Below are positions 8,282-17,889 of a DNA stretch of 64,000 nucleotides, piece after piece (the first letter of the stretch is position 1; every line of letters starts with the position of its first letter). The position numbers and the translations under genes were made by a program. The notes beneath the pieces were generated by a model. The model was not told the origin of the DNA and ran no database searches. It was given only the letters and a program-made list of their open reading frames with translations. Source of the stretch: a virus; IMG/VR virus record IMGVR_UViG_3300025120_010946, positions 1 through 64,000 of that record. One strand, 5' to 3'.

Positions 8282-9949
8282 ATGGCTAAGTTATTTGGGT
8301 TCTCGATTGAGGATACCGAAAAAACTCCACCTAACGTTGTTTCCCCCGTTCCTCCTAATAATGAGGACGGGGTAGATCACTATATGACAAGTGGATTTTT
8401 TGGGCAATATGTTGATATTGAAGGAGTCTACAAAACAGAGTTTGATTTAATCAAACGATATCGTGAAATGGCATTACATCCAGAGTGTGATAGTGCTATT
8501 GAAGATGTGGTAAATGAAGCAATTGTAGCAGACACTCATGATACTCCTGTAGAAATTGAACTTTCAAATCTTAATGCTAGTGACGGAATTAAGAAAAAAA
8601 TAAGAGAAGAGTTTAAATATATTTTAGGATTATTGGATTTTGACAAAAAAGCACATGAAATCTATAGGAATTGGTATATTGACGGAAGACTTTACTACCA
8701 CAAAGTCATTGATTTAAAAAATCCTCACGAAGGTATTCAAGAATTACGTTATATTGACGCAATGAAAATGCGTTATATACGTCAGCAGAAGAAAAAACCT
8801 AATGATAGTCGTTTAGGAAATATTAATAGTGGAAATAATAATCCCATGGAATATGAATTCCCTGAGATTGAAGAATATTTCCTTTACAATCCAAAATCTG
8901 GATATCCTTCTCAAACTGCTGGAGCTCAAGGAGGAAATTCTGGTGTTAAATTTTCTAAAGATTCAATCACATATTGTTCATCTGGACTTGTAGATCGTAA
9001 TAAAGGATCAACTCTTTCATATCTTCATAAAGCAATCAAATCACTCAATCAACTTCGCATGATTGAAGATGCGCTTGTAATCTATAGATTGTCTCGCGCA
9101 CCAGAACGTCGTGTTTTCTACATTGACGTTGGTAATCTGCCTAAAGTAAAAGCAGAACAATATTTACGCGATGTTATGAATCGCTATCGCAATAAACTTG
9201 TATATAATGCACAAACAGGTGAGATTCGCGATGACAAAAAATTTATGTCTATGATGGAAGACTTCTGGCTTCCTAGGCGTGAAGGTGGAAGAGGAACTGA
9301 AATCTCCACTCTCCCTGGTGGACAAAACCTTGGTGAGATTACTGACATTGAATATTTTAAAAAGAAACTTTATAAGTCACTTAACGTACCTATTTCCCGT
9401 ATTGAAGGAGATGGTGGATTTAACCTAGGAAGATCTTCTGAAATTTTAAGAGATGAGGTAAAATTCAGCAAATTTGTTGGACGTTTAAGAAAAAGATTCT
9501 CTGGCTTGTTTAATGACATGCTAAAGACTCAACTTTTACTTAAAAATATCATTACTCCTGAAGATTGGGACATAATGAATGAGCACATTCAATATGACTT
9601 TCTTTATGATAATCACTTTGCTGAACTTAAAGATGCAGAGTTAATGAATGAAAGACTCACTCTTGTCGCAACAGCAGAAGCTTATGTTGGTAAGTATTAT
9701 TCTCAAGATTATTTGAGGAGAAAAGTTCTTCGTCAAACTGATCAAGAAATTTTAGAACAAGATCAACTAATTAAATATGAAATTAAATCTGGAATAATTC
9801 CTGATCCTGCAGAAATGCAAATTGATCCTGAAACTGGACAATCAGTACCCGGAAATGCATCAATGGATTTAGGAAAACCAGTAATGGAACCGGAAGTTGA
9901 TGGTTCTTCTACTGAAGCTCCTGAACTACCCAAGGGTGGGGAAATATAA
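8282..9949 (+). CDS. gp20: Portal protein
   Basis: YRLSRAPERRVFYIDVGNLPK, EDFWLPRREGGRGTEI. Confidence 0.98.
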   Translation: MAKLFGFSIEDTEKTPPNVVSPVPPNNEDGVDHYMTSGFFGQYVDIEGVYKTEFDLIKRYREMALHPECDSAIEDVVNEAIVADTHDTPVEIELSNLNASDGIKKKIREEFKYILGLLDFDKKAHEIYRNWYIDGRLYYHKVIDLKNPHEGIQELRYIDAMKMRYIRQQKKKPNDSRLGNINSGNNNPMEYEFPEIEEYFLYNPKSGYPSQTAGAQGGNSGVKFSKDSITYCSSGLVDRNKGSTLSYLHKAIKSLNQLRMIEDALVIYRLSRAPERRVFYIDVGNLPKVKAEQYLRDVMNRYRNKLVYNAQTGEIRDDKKFMSMMEDFWLPRREGGRGTEISTLPGGQNLGEITDIEYFKKKLYKSLNVPISRIEGDGGFNLGRSSEILRDEVKFSKFVGRLRKRFSGLFNDMLKTQLLLKNIITPEDWDIMNEHIQYDFLYDNHFAELKDAELMNERLTLVATAEAYVGKYYSQDYLRRKVLRQTDQEILEQDQLIKYEIKSGIIPDPAEMQIDPETGQSVPGNASMDLGKPVMEPEVDGSSTEAPELPKGGEI

Positions 9950-9952
9950 ATA
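9945..9952 (+). promoter_or_regulatory. Late promoter (full T4 consensus)
   Basis: TATAAATA overlapping the gp20 stop. Confidence 0.75.
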
Positions 9953-9980
9953 AAACATAGTAAGTAAATTGACTATTCAC

Positions 9981-10214
9981 ATGGATGAACTTATGGATAT
10001 GATGGTATCCGATGAATCTCCTTCGCAAATAAGCGATAAGATTAAGGATATTTTAATGGGAAAAGCTGCCGAAAGGATTGATACATTTCGTCCTATGGTA
10101 GCAAATGGTGTGTTTGGTGAAGATGATATTGAAGTTGAAGATGATGAAGAGGAAACTCTTGAAATCGCCAACGAATTAGAAACCGAAGAAGAAACCGAAG
10201 AGGACTCTGAATAA
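9981..10214 (+). CDS. Acidic prohead core protein (gp67-like position)
   Basis: Small, very acidic ORF directly after the portal; ATG 9981 preferred over TTG 9969. Confidence 0.65.
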   Translation: MDELMDMMVSDESPSQISDKIKDILMGKAAERIDTFRPMVANGVFGEDDIEVEDDEEETLEIANELETEEETEEDSE

Positions 10215-10777
10215 TGGCACATCGCACAGTTGGTGTCGGACAAAGTATTGCTACAGGTAGCACTAATCAAAAAAGTGCTGCTATTGCAGTAAAATCAAAC
10301 GTTTTAAGAATTACCGCAAGAGGTGGTGATGCTCACGTTGCAATTGGTACTGAACCAGTAGCAGCTGAAACCGATTATCTTATTCCTGCTGGAACAAGTG
10401 AAACTCTGGGAATTACTAAAGCTTCTCAAAGAGTTAGAAGTGTTGAAACGTTAGGCACAAAAACAATTGTCACTTGTCCTGAGGGCACTCAACAACCATT
10501 TGGTGTTGGTGATTGCGTAAGTCTTGAGACAAATCTTGCAGATAGCAACTGGGCGACGATAATTAATCATGTTGGGGTAGATTCTATTGATCAAACAGCA
10601 GATTATGATGGATCTTTTAGTACTAGAGTTACCCTAAGTGCTAATACTGGCACCATTTCTACAGCGTTTTCTGATAATGACGCTACTCTTCGTAGATCGA
10701 TCAAAGTAGGTGCTGTTTCACCTGATAATGCTGGATCTATTTTCGTTCAACAAGTACAAATTACCGGAGTAGCCTGA
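10214..10777 (+). CDS. Hypothetical virion protein
   Basis: 187-aa ORF translationally coupled between the gp67-like gene and gp21. Confidence 0.65.
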   Translation: MAHRTVGVGQSIATGSTNQKSAAIAVKSNVLRITARGGDAHVAIGTEPVAAETDYLIPAGTSETLGITKASQRVRSVETLGTKTIVTCPEGTQQPFGVGDCVSLETNLADSNWATIINHVGVDSIDQTADYDGSFSTRVTLSANTGTISTAFSDNDATLRRSIKVGAVSPDNAGSIFVQQVQITGVA

Positions 10778-11427
10778 TGAAACTTATCAGAGAAGAAATC
10801 GAATCAGTCGAATTTCTTGTAGAATCAAAGAACGGCAAGAAATCAATGTATATTGAGGGGATTTTCCTTCAAGGAAACATTAAAAACCGTAATGGTAGAA
10901 TGTATCCTATGGAAACTCTTCGTAGAGAAGTTGGTAGATACAATGAAAATAATGTTCAAGCAGGTAGAGCACTTGGTGAACTTGGACATCCTGATGGACC
11001 TACTGTCAATCTAGATCGAGTATCTCATAAAATTGTTTCTCTAAGAGAATCTGGTTCTAACTTTATCGGTAAAGCAAAAATTCTTAGCACTCCTATGGGT
11101 AAAATTGCATCTTCTCTTATAGGAGAAGGTGTAAAGCTTGGTGTTTCTTCTCGTGGAATTGGATCTTTAAAAATGACAAGAGAAGGTGTTAACATAGTCG
11201 GTGACGATTTTATGTTGGCAACTGCTGCTGATATCGTTGCTGATCCTTCTGCACCTGATGCTTTCGTTGAAGGCATTATGGAAGGTAAGGATTGGGTATG
11301 GGATGGTGGTATTCTTCGTGAGAGGTATGCCGATAAAACATATAGAGAAATTAACACTCTAGTCACCCAAAAACAACTCGATGAAAAGAAATTAGATCTT
11401 TTCAACGATTTTCTTAATAATATCTGA
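10777..11427 (+). CDS. gp21: Prohead protease
   Basis: MKLIRE start, NRNGRMY, ALGELGHP, GVSSRGIGS, DIVADPSAPDA. Confidence 0.97.
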   Translation: MKLIREEIESVEFLVESKNGKKSMYIEGIFLQGNIKNRNGRMYPMETLRREVGRYNENNVQAGRALGELGHPDGPTVNLDRVSHKIVSLRESGSNFIGKAKILSTPMGKIASSLIGEGVKLGVSSRGIGSLKMTREGVNIVGDDFMLATAADIVADPSAPDAFVEGIMEGKDWVWDGGILRERYADKTYREINTLVTQKQLDEKKLDLFNDFLNNI

Positions 11428-11452
11428 TATTAAGTATAAAATTTATTAATAC

Positions 11453-11463
11453 ATAAATAAATA
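11453..11463 (+). promoter_or_regulatory. Late promoter(s) for gp22/gp23
   Basis: ATAAATAAATA (two overlapping TAAATA). Confidence 0.7.
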
Positions 11464-11498
11464 TAGTTTTAAAAAAACGGAAACGGAGCTGTTCAAAA

Positions 11499-12587
11499 AT
11501 GTCTCGTGGTACAAAATTACAAGAAATGGAAGTAGGCAATGTAAAGCAGTCCAAAACTGCTGCTAACGCTAACGCTAAGCCTGGCGATTCTATGCCCACT
11601 CTGTCCGGAGCAACTCCTGGACAGTCTGGTACATATGAAGATCTCGGAGGTCCTACCCCTGAGAACTATAAGCCTGATGATGATTCTGCCAAGTTAAACA
11701 TACCTGGCAAAACCCTCAAGCAAGTTAAGGACGTAGTAAACGCAAAAGCCAAACCTGCCATGGCAGCTCCTGCCGAGGAAGTAGAAACTGACGAACCCAT
11801 TATCGAAGAAGAATCAGTAACTGATGAAGTAGTATCTGAAGAAGAAACTACCGAAACTGTTGCTGAGTATAACGTCGAAGAAGATGTTAATGCTCTTCTC
11901 AGTGGTGAAGAACTCACCGAAGAATTCAAAGAAAAGGCAAAAACCATCTTTGAAGCAGCAATCACTGCTAAGGCTGCTTCCATTGAGGAAGCAATCGAAG
12001 CTAAGTACGCTGCTGCACTTGCTGAAGAAGTTGCCTTAGCAAAAGAATCACTCGCTGAGCGTGTAGATTCTTATCTTGAGTATGTCTCTGACGAGTGGTT
12101 TGAAGAAAACGCACTTGCCATTGAGAACGGACTCAAGACTGAAATGACTGAATCATTCCTTGAAGGAATGAAGGGTCTTTTTGAAGAACATTATGTATCA
12201 ATTCCTGAAGAAAAATATGATGTGCTTAACAGCATGGTAGAAAAACTTGATGATATGGAGACAAAACTCAACGAGCAAATCGAGAAAAATATTGCCCTGA
12301 ATGGCAGACTCAGTGAGTCTGTTGCAGACGGTATTCTTGATGAAGTTTCTGAAGGACTCGCGTCTACTCAGAAGGAGAAGCTCGCCTCACTTTCCCAAAG
12401 TGTAGAGTTTGAAAGTGAACAATCTTATCGTGAAAAGCTAGGAACACTTAAGGAATCTTATTTCCCTAAGAACAATGCTCCTGCTGCTAAAACTGAAACA
12501 CTGTCTGAAGGTGAAACCCATGATCATCAGCAATATACTGATACCATGAGTTCATATCTCAGATCTCTGGGAACTTTTAGCAAATGA
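11499..12587 (+). CDS. gp22: Prohead scaffold protein
   Basis: Acidic coiled coil; FKEKAKTIFEAA, VDSYLEYV; located between gp21 and gp23. Confidence 0.95.
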   Translation: MSRGTKLQEMEVGNVKQSKTAANANAKPGDSMPTLSGATPGQSGTYEDLGGPTPENYKPDDDSAKLNIPGKTLKQVKDVVNAKAKPAMAAPAEEVETDEPIIEEESVTDEVVSEEETTETVAEYNVEEDVNALLSGEELTEEFKEKAKTIFEAAITAKAASIEEAIEAKYAAALAEEVALAKESLAERVDSYLEYVSDEWFEENALAIENGLKTEMTESFLEGMKGLFEEHYVSIPEEKYDVLNSMVEKLDDMETKLNEQIEKNIALNGRLSESVADGILDEVSEGLASTQKEKLASLSQSVEFESEQSYREKLGTLKESYFPKNNAPAAKTETLSEGETHDHQQYTDTMSSYLRSLGTFSK

Positions 12588-12632
12588 ATTTAAAATTAAA
12601 TCAAACAAAAACTTACACTAGGTAAAAAGCAA

Positions 12633-14033
12633 ATGTTCCATTCCGAGCATCTGCAGGAAAAGTGGGCACCCCTTCTTGAGTATGATGGACTTGACTCCAT
12701 CAAGGATCCTCATAGAAAGGCTGTAACTGCCGTCCTGCTTGAAAACCAAGAAAAATTTCTGAAGGAGTCTTCCTCCTTTGAGACTGGTGGATCCCTCCTA
12801 AGTGAGGCTACTCCTACCAACTCAACAGGTAGCGCCGTAGATAACTTCGATCCCGTTCTGATCTCTTTGATCAGACGCTCAATGCCTAACCTGATCGCAT
12901 ATGATCTGGCTGGCGTCCAACCAATGAGTGGACCTACTGGACTCATCTTCGCGATGCGTTCCCGTTATGCCAATCAAACCGGAAACGAAGGATTCTACAA
13001 CGAACCCGATTCCGCATGGAGTGGACAGAACTTCGGTCGTAACCTTACTGGTGGTTTCTCTGATACCGCCGCTGGTATGGGTACTACCGCTCAGGCTGGC
13101 AACAACCCTGCACTCCTGAACCCCACCTCCTCCGCTAACACTAGTGGTGGTGGAACCGACGCTTATAACGTTGGACAAGGCATGACAACTGCCGAGTCTG
13201 AAGCACTCGGAGATGCAGATCAGAACGCCTTCAATCAGATGGCTTTCTCTATTGAGAAAGTTACTGTAACTGCTAAGTCCAGAGCACTGAAAGCAGAATA
13301 CAGCCTTGAGCTTGCTCAAGACTTGAAAGCGATCCATGGACTGAACGCTGAAGCGGAACTCGCCAACATTCTCTCTACTGAGATTCTGGCTGAGATCAAC
13401 CGCGAAGTGATCAGAACCATCTACAAGGTTGCTGAGCAAGGTGCTGTACAAAACGTCGCACAATCCGGTGTATTCGATCTAGACATCGATTCCAACGGAC
13501 GCTGGAGCGTTGAGAAGTTCAAAGGACTTCTGTTCCAAATCGAAAGAGATGCTAACGCGATTGCACAAAGAACTCGTAGAGGAAAGGGCAACACGATCCT
13601 TTGTTCTGCTGACGTTGCTTCTGCACTCACCATGGCTGGTGTACTTGATTACACCCCTGCTCTTAACGCCAACCTCACCGTTGACGACACCGGTAACACC
13701 TTCGCTGGTGTTCTCCAAGGTAAGTATCGTGTATATATCGATCCTTATTCTGCTAACCTTACCTCAGGTAATCAGAGCCCAGGTAACCAGTACTACGTCG
13801 TAGGATACAAGGGATCTTCCCCTTATGACGCTGGACTGTTCTATTGCCCATATGTTCCCCTTCAAATGGTTCGTGCCGTTGGAGAGGACACCTTCCAGCC
13901 TAAAATCGGATTCAAGACTCGTTACGGCATGGTTGCGAATCCCTTCGCTGAAGGCACCCAGGCACAACTCGGCGCTCTTAACATCAACGCCAACCGTTAC
14001 TACAGACGTGTTGCAGTTAAGAACCTCATGTGA
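12633..14033 (+). CDS. gp23: Major capsid protein
   Basis: FDPVLISLIRRSMPNLIAYDLAGVQPM, KSRALKAEY, YDAGLFYCPYVPL. Confidence 0.99.
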   Translation: MFHSEHLQEKWAPLLEYDGLDSIKDPHRKAVTAVLLENQEKFLKESSSFETGGSLLSEATPTNSTGSAVDNFDPVLISLIRRSMPNLIAYDLAGVQPMSGPTGLIFAMRSRYANQTGNEGFYNEPDSAWSGQNFGRNLTGGFSDTAAGMGTTAQAGNNPALLNPTSSANTSGGGTDAYNVGQGMTTAESEALGDADQNAFNQMAFSIEKVTVTAKSRALKAEYSLELAQDLKAIHGLNAEAELANILSTEILAEINREVIRTIYKVAEQGAVQNVAQSGVFDLDIDSNGRWSVEKFKGLLFQIERDANAIAQRTRRGKGNTILCSADVASALTMAGVLDYTPALNANLTVDDTGNTFAGVLQGKYRVYIDPYSANLTSGNQSPGNQYYVVGYKGSSPYDAGLFYCPYVPLQMVRAVGEDTFQPKIGFKTRYGMVANPFAEGTQAQLGALNINANRYYRRVAVKNLM

Positions 14034-14062
14034 TATAATTTCCTTACGTGTGAAGGAAGTGC

Positions 14063-14089
14063 AAGGGAGTCTTCGGACTCCCTTTTTTT
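14063..14089 (+). terminator. Rho-independent terminator after gp23
   Basis: AAGGGAGTC-TTCG-GACTCCCTT plus T-run; cUUCGg loop. Confidence 0.92.
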
Positions 14090-14091
14090 AT

Positions 14092-14098
14092 CTAAATA
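14092..14098 (+). promoter_or_regulatory. Late promoter for gp3
   Basis: CTAAATA right after the terminator. Confidence 0.65.
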
Positions 14099-14109
14099 AT
14101 TAGAAAACG

Positions 14110-14673
14110 ATGTCTTACGGCAATCCATTTGAGAATCAGATAAGTAATAGAAATTTTTTATCACCCACTGGTTTTAAGTTTACTCTTAGAAGAGCACCTA
14201 AAGTTGCTTTCTTTGGAAACTCAGCTAACTTACCGGCAATCTCTATGGGGACTGCTATTCAATCAACTTATCTAAAGGATATTGATCGTCCTGGTGATAA
14301 GGTTGATTTTGGTGATTTTAATCTTCGTTTTTTAGTTGATGAAAATTTAGAAAACTACTTAGAAATTTTCAATTGGATAAGAGGACTTGGGTATCCAGAA
14401 AGTTTAAAAGAAATATATGACTTTCAAGGAGGAGTTGAAAACTTTCTCCAACCTCCTAATTCGGATTTAAATTTATTCTCTGACGCAACTCTACAAATTT
14501 TAACTAGTCACGAGAATCCTAATTTTAAAGTGGTATTTCAAGATATGTTCCCTACTGAATTATCTACATTAAACTTTGATGCTACGAATGAGGATATTCA
14601 ATACTTTACAGCAGATGTCACTTTCAAGTATACTATCTACAATATAACTGATATGTCCGGCAAAAAATTATGA
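14110..14673 (+). CDS. gp3: Tail completion/sheath stabilizer
   Basis: NFLSPTGFKF, FLVDENLENYLEIFNW; position after gp23. Confidence 0.85.
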   Translation: MSYGNPFENQISNRNFLSPTGFKFTLRRAPKVAFFGNSANLPAISMGTAIQSTYLKDIDRPGDKVDFGDFNLRFLVDENLENYLEIFNWIRGLGYPESLKEIYDFQGGVENFLQPPNSDLNLFSDATLQILTSHENPNFKVVFQDMFPTELSTLNFDATNEDIQYFTADVTFKYTIYNITDMSGKKL

Positions 14674-15107
14674 GTCTTGATCTTGAAACTATTCAAGAGA
14701 TGTGGAAAAAGGATTCTGATATCGATAGGGATAACTTACATGAAGAGTCTTTAAAAATCCCATCTCTACATGCAAAATACTTTGAATTATATAATACTAT
14801 ATTTCTTCTTAGAAAGAAAGCAGAACAACAAAGAAAAAATATAAGACATGAAAGATATGAATATTATTCTGGAAAAGCAGATCCAGATACATATATTCAT
14901 GATCCTTTTCCCAAAAAAGTTAGAGATAAGGACACTATGCAAAAATATCTAGATGCGGATGAGAAACTTTCAGGAGTTTCTTTAAAAATAGATTATTATG
15001 ACACAATGCTTGTTTATATTGAGAGTATATTAAAACAAGTGAGTAATAGAACATATCATATCAAAAACGCGATTGAATTTATGAGGTTTAATTCAGGACT
15101 AGGATAA
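14670..15107 (+). CDS. uvsY: Recombination mediator UvsY
   Basis: IPSLHAKY, YLDADEKL, RTYHIKNAIEF; next to uvsW. Confidence 0.88.
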   Translation: MSLDLETIQEMWKKDSDIDRDNLHEESLKIPSLHAKYFELYNTIFLLRKKAEQQRKNIRHERYEYYSGKADPDTYIHDPFPKKVRDKDTMQKYLDADEKLSGVSLKIDYYDTMLVYIESILKQVSNRTYHIKNAIEFMRFNSGLG

Positions 15108-15316
15108 TGGAGGAGGAGTTCGAACCAAGTCAAGAATTTGATTACACAGTTAATCTAACAATAGACGACATTTATTTGTTGCACCACTGTGTTCTAAAAA
15201 GGATTGAAAATTGGGAAGGATCTCCAGCAAGACATCCGATGGAACAACAACATTTATGGATGTTGAGAGACTCTTTGTATAGAATGATATTAGAATATAA
15301 ATTTGAAAATATGTGA
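15107..15316 (+). CDS. Hypothetical protein
   Basis: 69-aa coupled ORF. Confidence 0.6.
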   Translation: MEEEFEPSQEFDYTVNLTIDDIYLLHHCVLKRIENWEGSPARHPMEQQHLWMLRDSLYRMILEYKFENM

Positions 15317-15322
15317 TAAATA
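15316..15322 (+). promoter_or_regulatory. Late promoter for uvsW
   Basis: Intergenic ATAAATA. Confidence 0.55.
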
Positions 15323-15333
15323 TTCATAGATGA

Positions 15334-16815
15334 TTGATCATCGTGAATACAACAGATCTTGTTATTTCCAAATCAAACGAAGTATTTTTAAAAATTAACA
15401 CTGAACCTCATATCGAATATGAGCTAAGAGATCATTTTAAATTTGAAGTTCCAAACGCCAAATTTATGCCACAATATCGTGGTAAAAATTGGAATGGAGA
15501 GATTCATTTATATGATATGCGTTCGAAGCAAATCTATGTCGGACTACTAGACAAGATTATTCAATTTTGTGAAAACTACAGATATAGTTACTCTTTTGAA
15601 AATAATAAATTCTACGGACAACCCTTTGAAGTAAATGATGAAATATCATTAGAGGGTGTCAAAGGATTTATGAATTCTATTTGTGCTCATACTCCACGTC
15701 AATATCAAATTGAGGGAGTATACGATGCTTTAAAGCACAATAGAAAGCTATTGATAAGCCCCACTGCGAGCGGCAAATCTCTGATGATTTATTCAATAGT
15801 AAGATATTATTTTGACAAAGGACAAAAAATTCTTCTAGTTGTTCCAACGACATCTCTTGTAGAACAGATGTACAAGGATTTTGATGACTATGGTTGGGAT
15901 GCTGAGTCATATTGTCACAAAATTTATAGTGGTAGGGAAAAGAACAGTGATGCTCCCGTCACTATTACCACATGGCAATCTATCTATAAGTTAGAAAGAA
16001 GTTGGTTTGAAGAATATGAAGTTGTGATCGGAGATGAAGCACATTTATTCAAGTCTAAGTCATTAATCAACATCATGACTAAACTTCATCATGCAAAGTA
16101 TAGATTTGGATTCACTGGTACTTTAGACGGCACTCAGACGCATAAGTGGGTGTTAGAGGGAGTTTTTGGACCTTCATATAAAGTGACAAGAACTGACGAA
16201 TTGATGAGACAAGGACACCTTTCTCAGTTGGATATTCAGTGTCTTGTTCTCAAGCATAAACCAAAATTGTTTGAAACTTATAATGATGAAATTGAATACC
16301 TTATTTCTCATGAGCAAAGAAATAAATTTATTACTAATTTATCACTTGATCTCAAAGGGAATACACTTATCCTTTTTGCAAGAGTTGAGGCTCATGGAGA
16401 GATACTCTACAATCAGATAAATAATAACAAGGGTGACAACCGAAAGGTATTTTTTGTACACGGTGGTATTGGTGCTGAAGAACGAGAATTAGTAAGAGAG
16501 ATTACCGAACGAGAAAACAACGCTATTATCGTTGCATCTTATGGAACTTTTTCTACAGGTATCAATATTAAAAATCTCCATAATGTTATCTTTGCCTCTC
16601 CAAGTAAGTCCAGAATCCGCAATCTTCAAAGTATTGGACGAGTTCTTAGAAAAGGAAAAGGAAAATTAAAAGCAACTCTGTATGATATTGCAGATGACTG
16701 CTCTACAAAAACAAAAAAGAATTATACATTAAACCATCTTATAGAAAGAATAAAAATCTATAACGAAGAAAATTTTAATTATGATATCATAACCATTCAT
16801 CTAAAAAGAACATGA
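15334..16815 (+). CDS. uvsW: SF2 RNA-DNA/DNA helicase UvsW
   Basis: SPTASGKS, GDEAH, FTGT, LQSIGRVLR. Confidence 0.96.
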   Translation: MIIVNTTDLVISKSNEVFLKINTEPHIEYELRDHFKFEVPNAKFMPQYRGKNWNGEIHLYDMRSKQIYVGLLDKIIQFCENYRYSYSFENNKFYGQPFEVNDEISLEGVKGFMNSICAHTPRQYQIEGVYDALKHNRKLLISPTASGKSLMIYSIVRYYFDKGQKILLVVPTTSLVEQMYKDFDDYGWDAESYCHKIYSGREKNSDAPVTITTWQSIYKLERSWFEEYEVVIGDEAHLFKSKSLINIMTKLHHAKYRFGFTGTLDGTQTHKWVLEGVFGPSYKVTRTDELMRQGHLSQLDIQCLVLKHKPKLFETYNDEIEYLISHEQRNKFITNLSLDLKGNTLILFARVEAHGEILYNQINNNKGDNRKVFFVHGGIGAEERELVREITERENNAIIVASYGTFSTGINIKNLHNVIFASPSKSRIRNLQSIGRVLRKGKGKLKATLYDIADDCSTKTKKNYTLNHLIERIKIYNEENFNYDIITIHLKRT

Positions 16816-17231
16816 TAGAAGATGATTTTTACGCAACAATAAAATTAAAATCAGGTGAAGAAATATTTTGTAAAGTGGCTGCAGAGGAAGAAGAAGAAAG
16901 AACTATTCTAGTAGTGTCTAATCCTATTGTTATTAAAGAAATAAAAGGAAGAATTGGAATGATTGGATATAAGGTAGAACCTTGGTTAAGAACTAGTAGT
17001 GATGATATGTTCTTTTTAAATTTAAATGATGTATTAACAATGTCTGAGTCAACAGATATTGAGATGATTATGATGCATCAACAATATGTAAGGAAAGCAG
17101 ATAACGATCCTAATTCTGGATCTAGTAATCATAAACTTGATAAAAAGATGGGATATCTTTCTAGTGTAAATGATGCAAGAGAAATACTAGAGAAGTTATA
17201 TAATAGTTCTTCTAGTAAAGATATTAAGTAG
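16812..17231 (+). CDS. Conserved hypothetical protein, Sm-like small beta-barrel
   Basis: YATIKLKSGEEIFCKV...NPIVI...EPW pattern. Confidence 0.65.
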   Translation: MIEDDFYATIKLKSGEEIFCKVAAEEEEERTILVVSNPIVIKEIKGRIGMIGYKVEPWLRTSSDDMFFLNLNDVLTMSESTDIEMIMMHQQYVRKADNDPNSGSSNHKLDKKMGYLSSVNDAREILEKLYNSSSSKDIK

Positions 17232-17267
17232 TTAAGCTATAGCTGTCTCTTCAAACCCAACAAAGTT

Positions 17268-17296
17268 ATTCTACACAACTTTTAGATACTTGTCAA
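17268..17296 (-). promoter_or_regulatory. Antisense sigma70-type promoter
   Basis: Minus strand TTGACA-17 nt-TAGAAT. Confidence 0.55.
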
Positions 17297-17318
17297 GTAT
17301 ATGTTTTAGTGGTATACT
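17290..17318 (+). promoter_or_regulatory. sigma70-type promoter for gp55
   Basis: TTGTCA-17 nt-TATACT. Confidence 0.65.
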
Positions 17319-17343
17319 TTATACATAATGATGAGATATAGTT

Positions 17344-17889
17344 ATGATACAACCAGGCATGACTAAAAGAAAAAGATCAGAACATTATGTTAATAATAAA
17401 GAGTTTCTTGCTGCTCTGATTGAATATAGAACATTATCCGAAGTTTCATATAGAAAGAAATTTGGAAAGATTCTTTCAGAGCAAGACAAGTCAGAAAGAG
17501 CAAGAAGGTGGGATACTAAACCAACTATTCCAAGGTATATTGGAGAGTGTTTTCTTAAAATTGCAACTCACTTATCATTCAAACCAAATTTTGTGAACTA
17601 CATGTTCAAGGATGATATGGTTTCTGATGGTATTGAAAATTGTGTGCAGTATATTCATAATTTCAATCCTGAGAAGTCTCAGAATCCATTTGCATATTTT
17701 ACACAAATTATTCATTACGCTTTTTTGAGACGGATTCAAAGAGAGAAGCGTCAGTTAGAAATTAAAAACAAGATTCTAGAGAAGTCTGGATACAGCGAGG
17801 TGTTTGACGATAACAATACCCTTGACGGAGACAACTATTCCAACTATAATTCCATCAAGGATGCTGTCCACTCAAAACTTCGGTATTAA
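17344..17889 (+). CDS. gp55: Late-transcription sigma factor
   Basis: HYVNNKEFL, NPFAYFTQIIHYAFLRRI. Confidence 0.95.
   Translation: MIQPGMTKRKRSEHYVNNKEFLAALIEYRTLSEVSYRKKFGKILSEQDKSERARRWDTKPTIPRYIGECFLKIATHLSFKPNFVNYMFKDDMVSDGIENCVQYIHNFNPEKSQNPFAYFTQIIHYAFLRRIQREKRQLEIKNKILEKSGYSEVFDDNNTLDGDNYSNYNSIKDAVHSKLRY

Noticed and set aside
12879-13463. Long minus-strand ORFs opposite gp23 (also 40482-41051, 23989-24459 and similar)
   Set aside because: Antisense shadows of strongly codon-biased genes; no RBS, motifs or operon context
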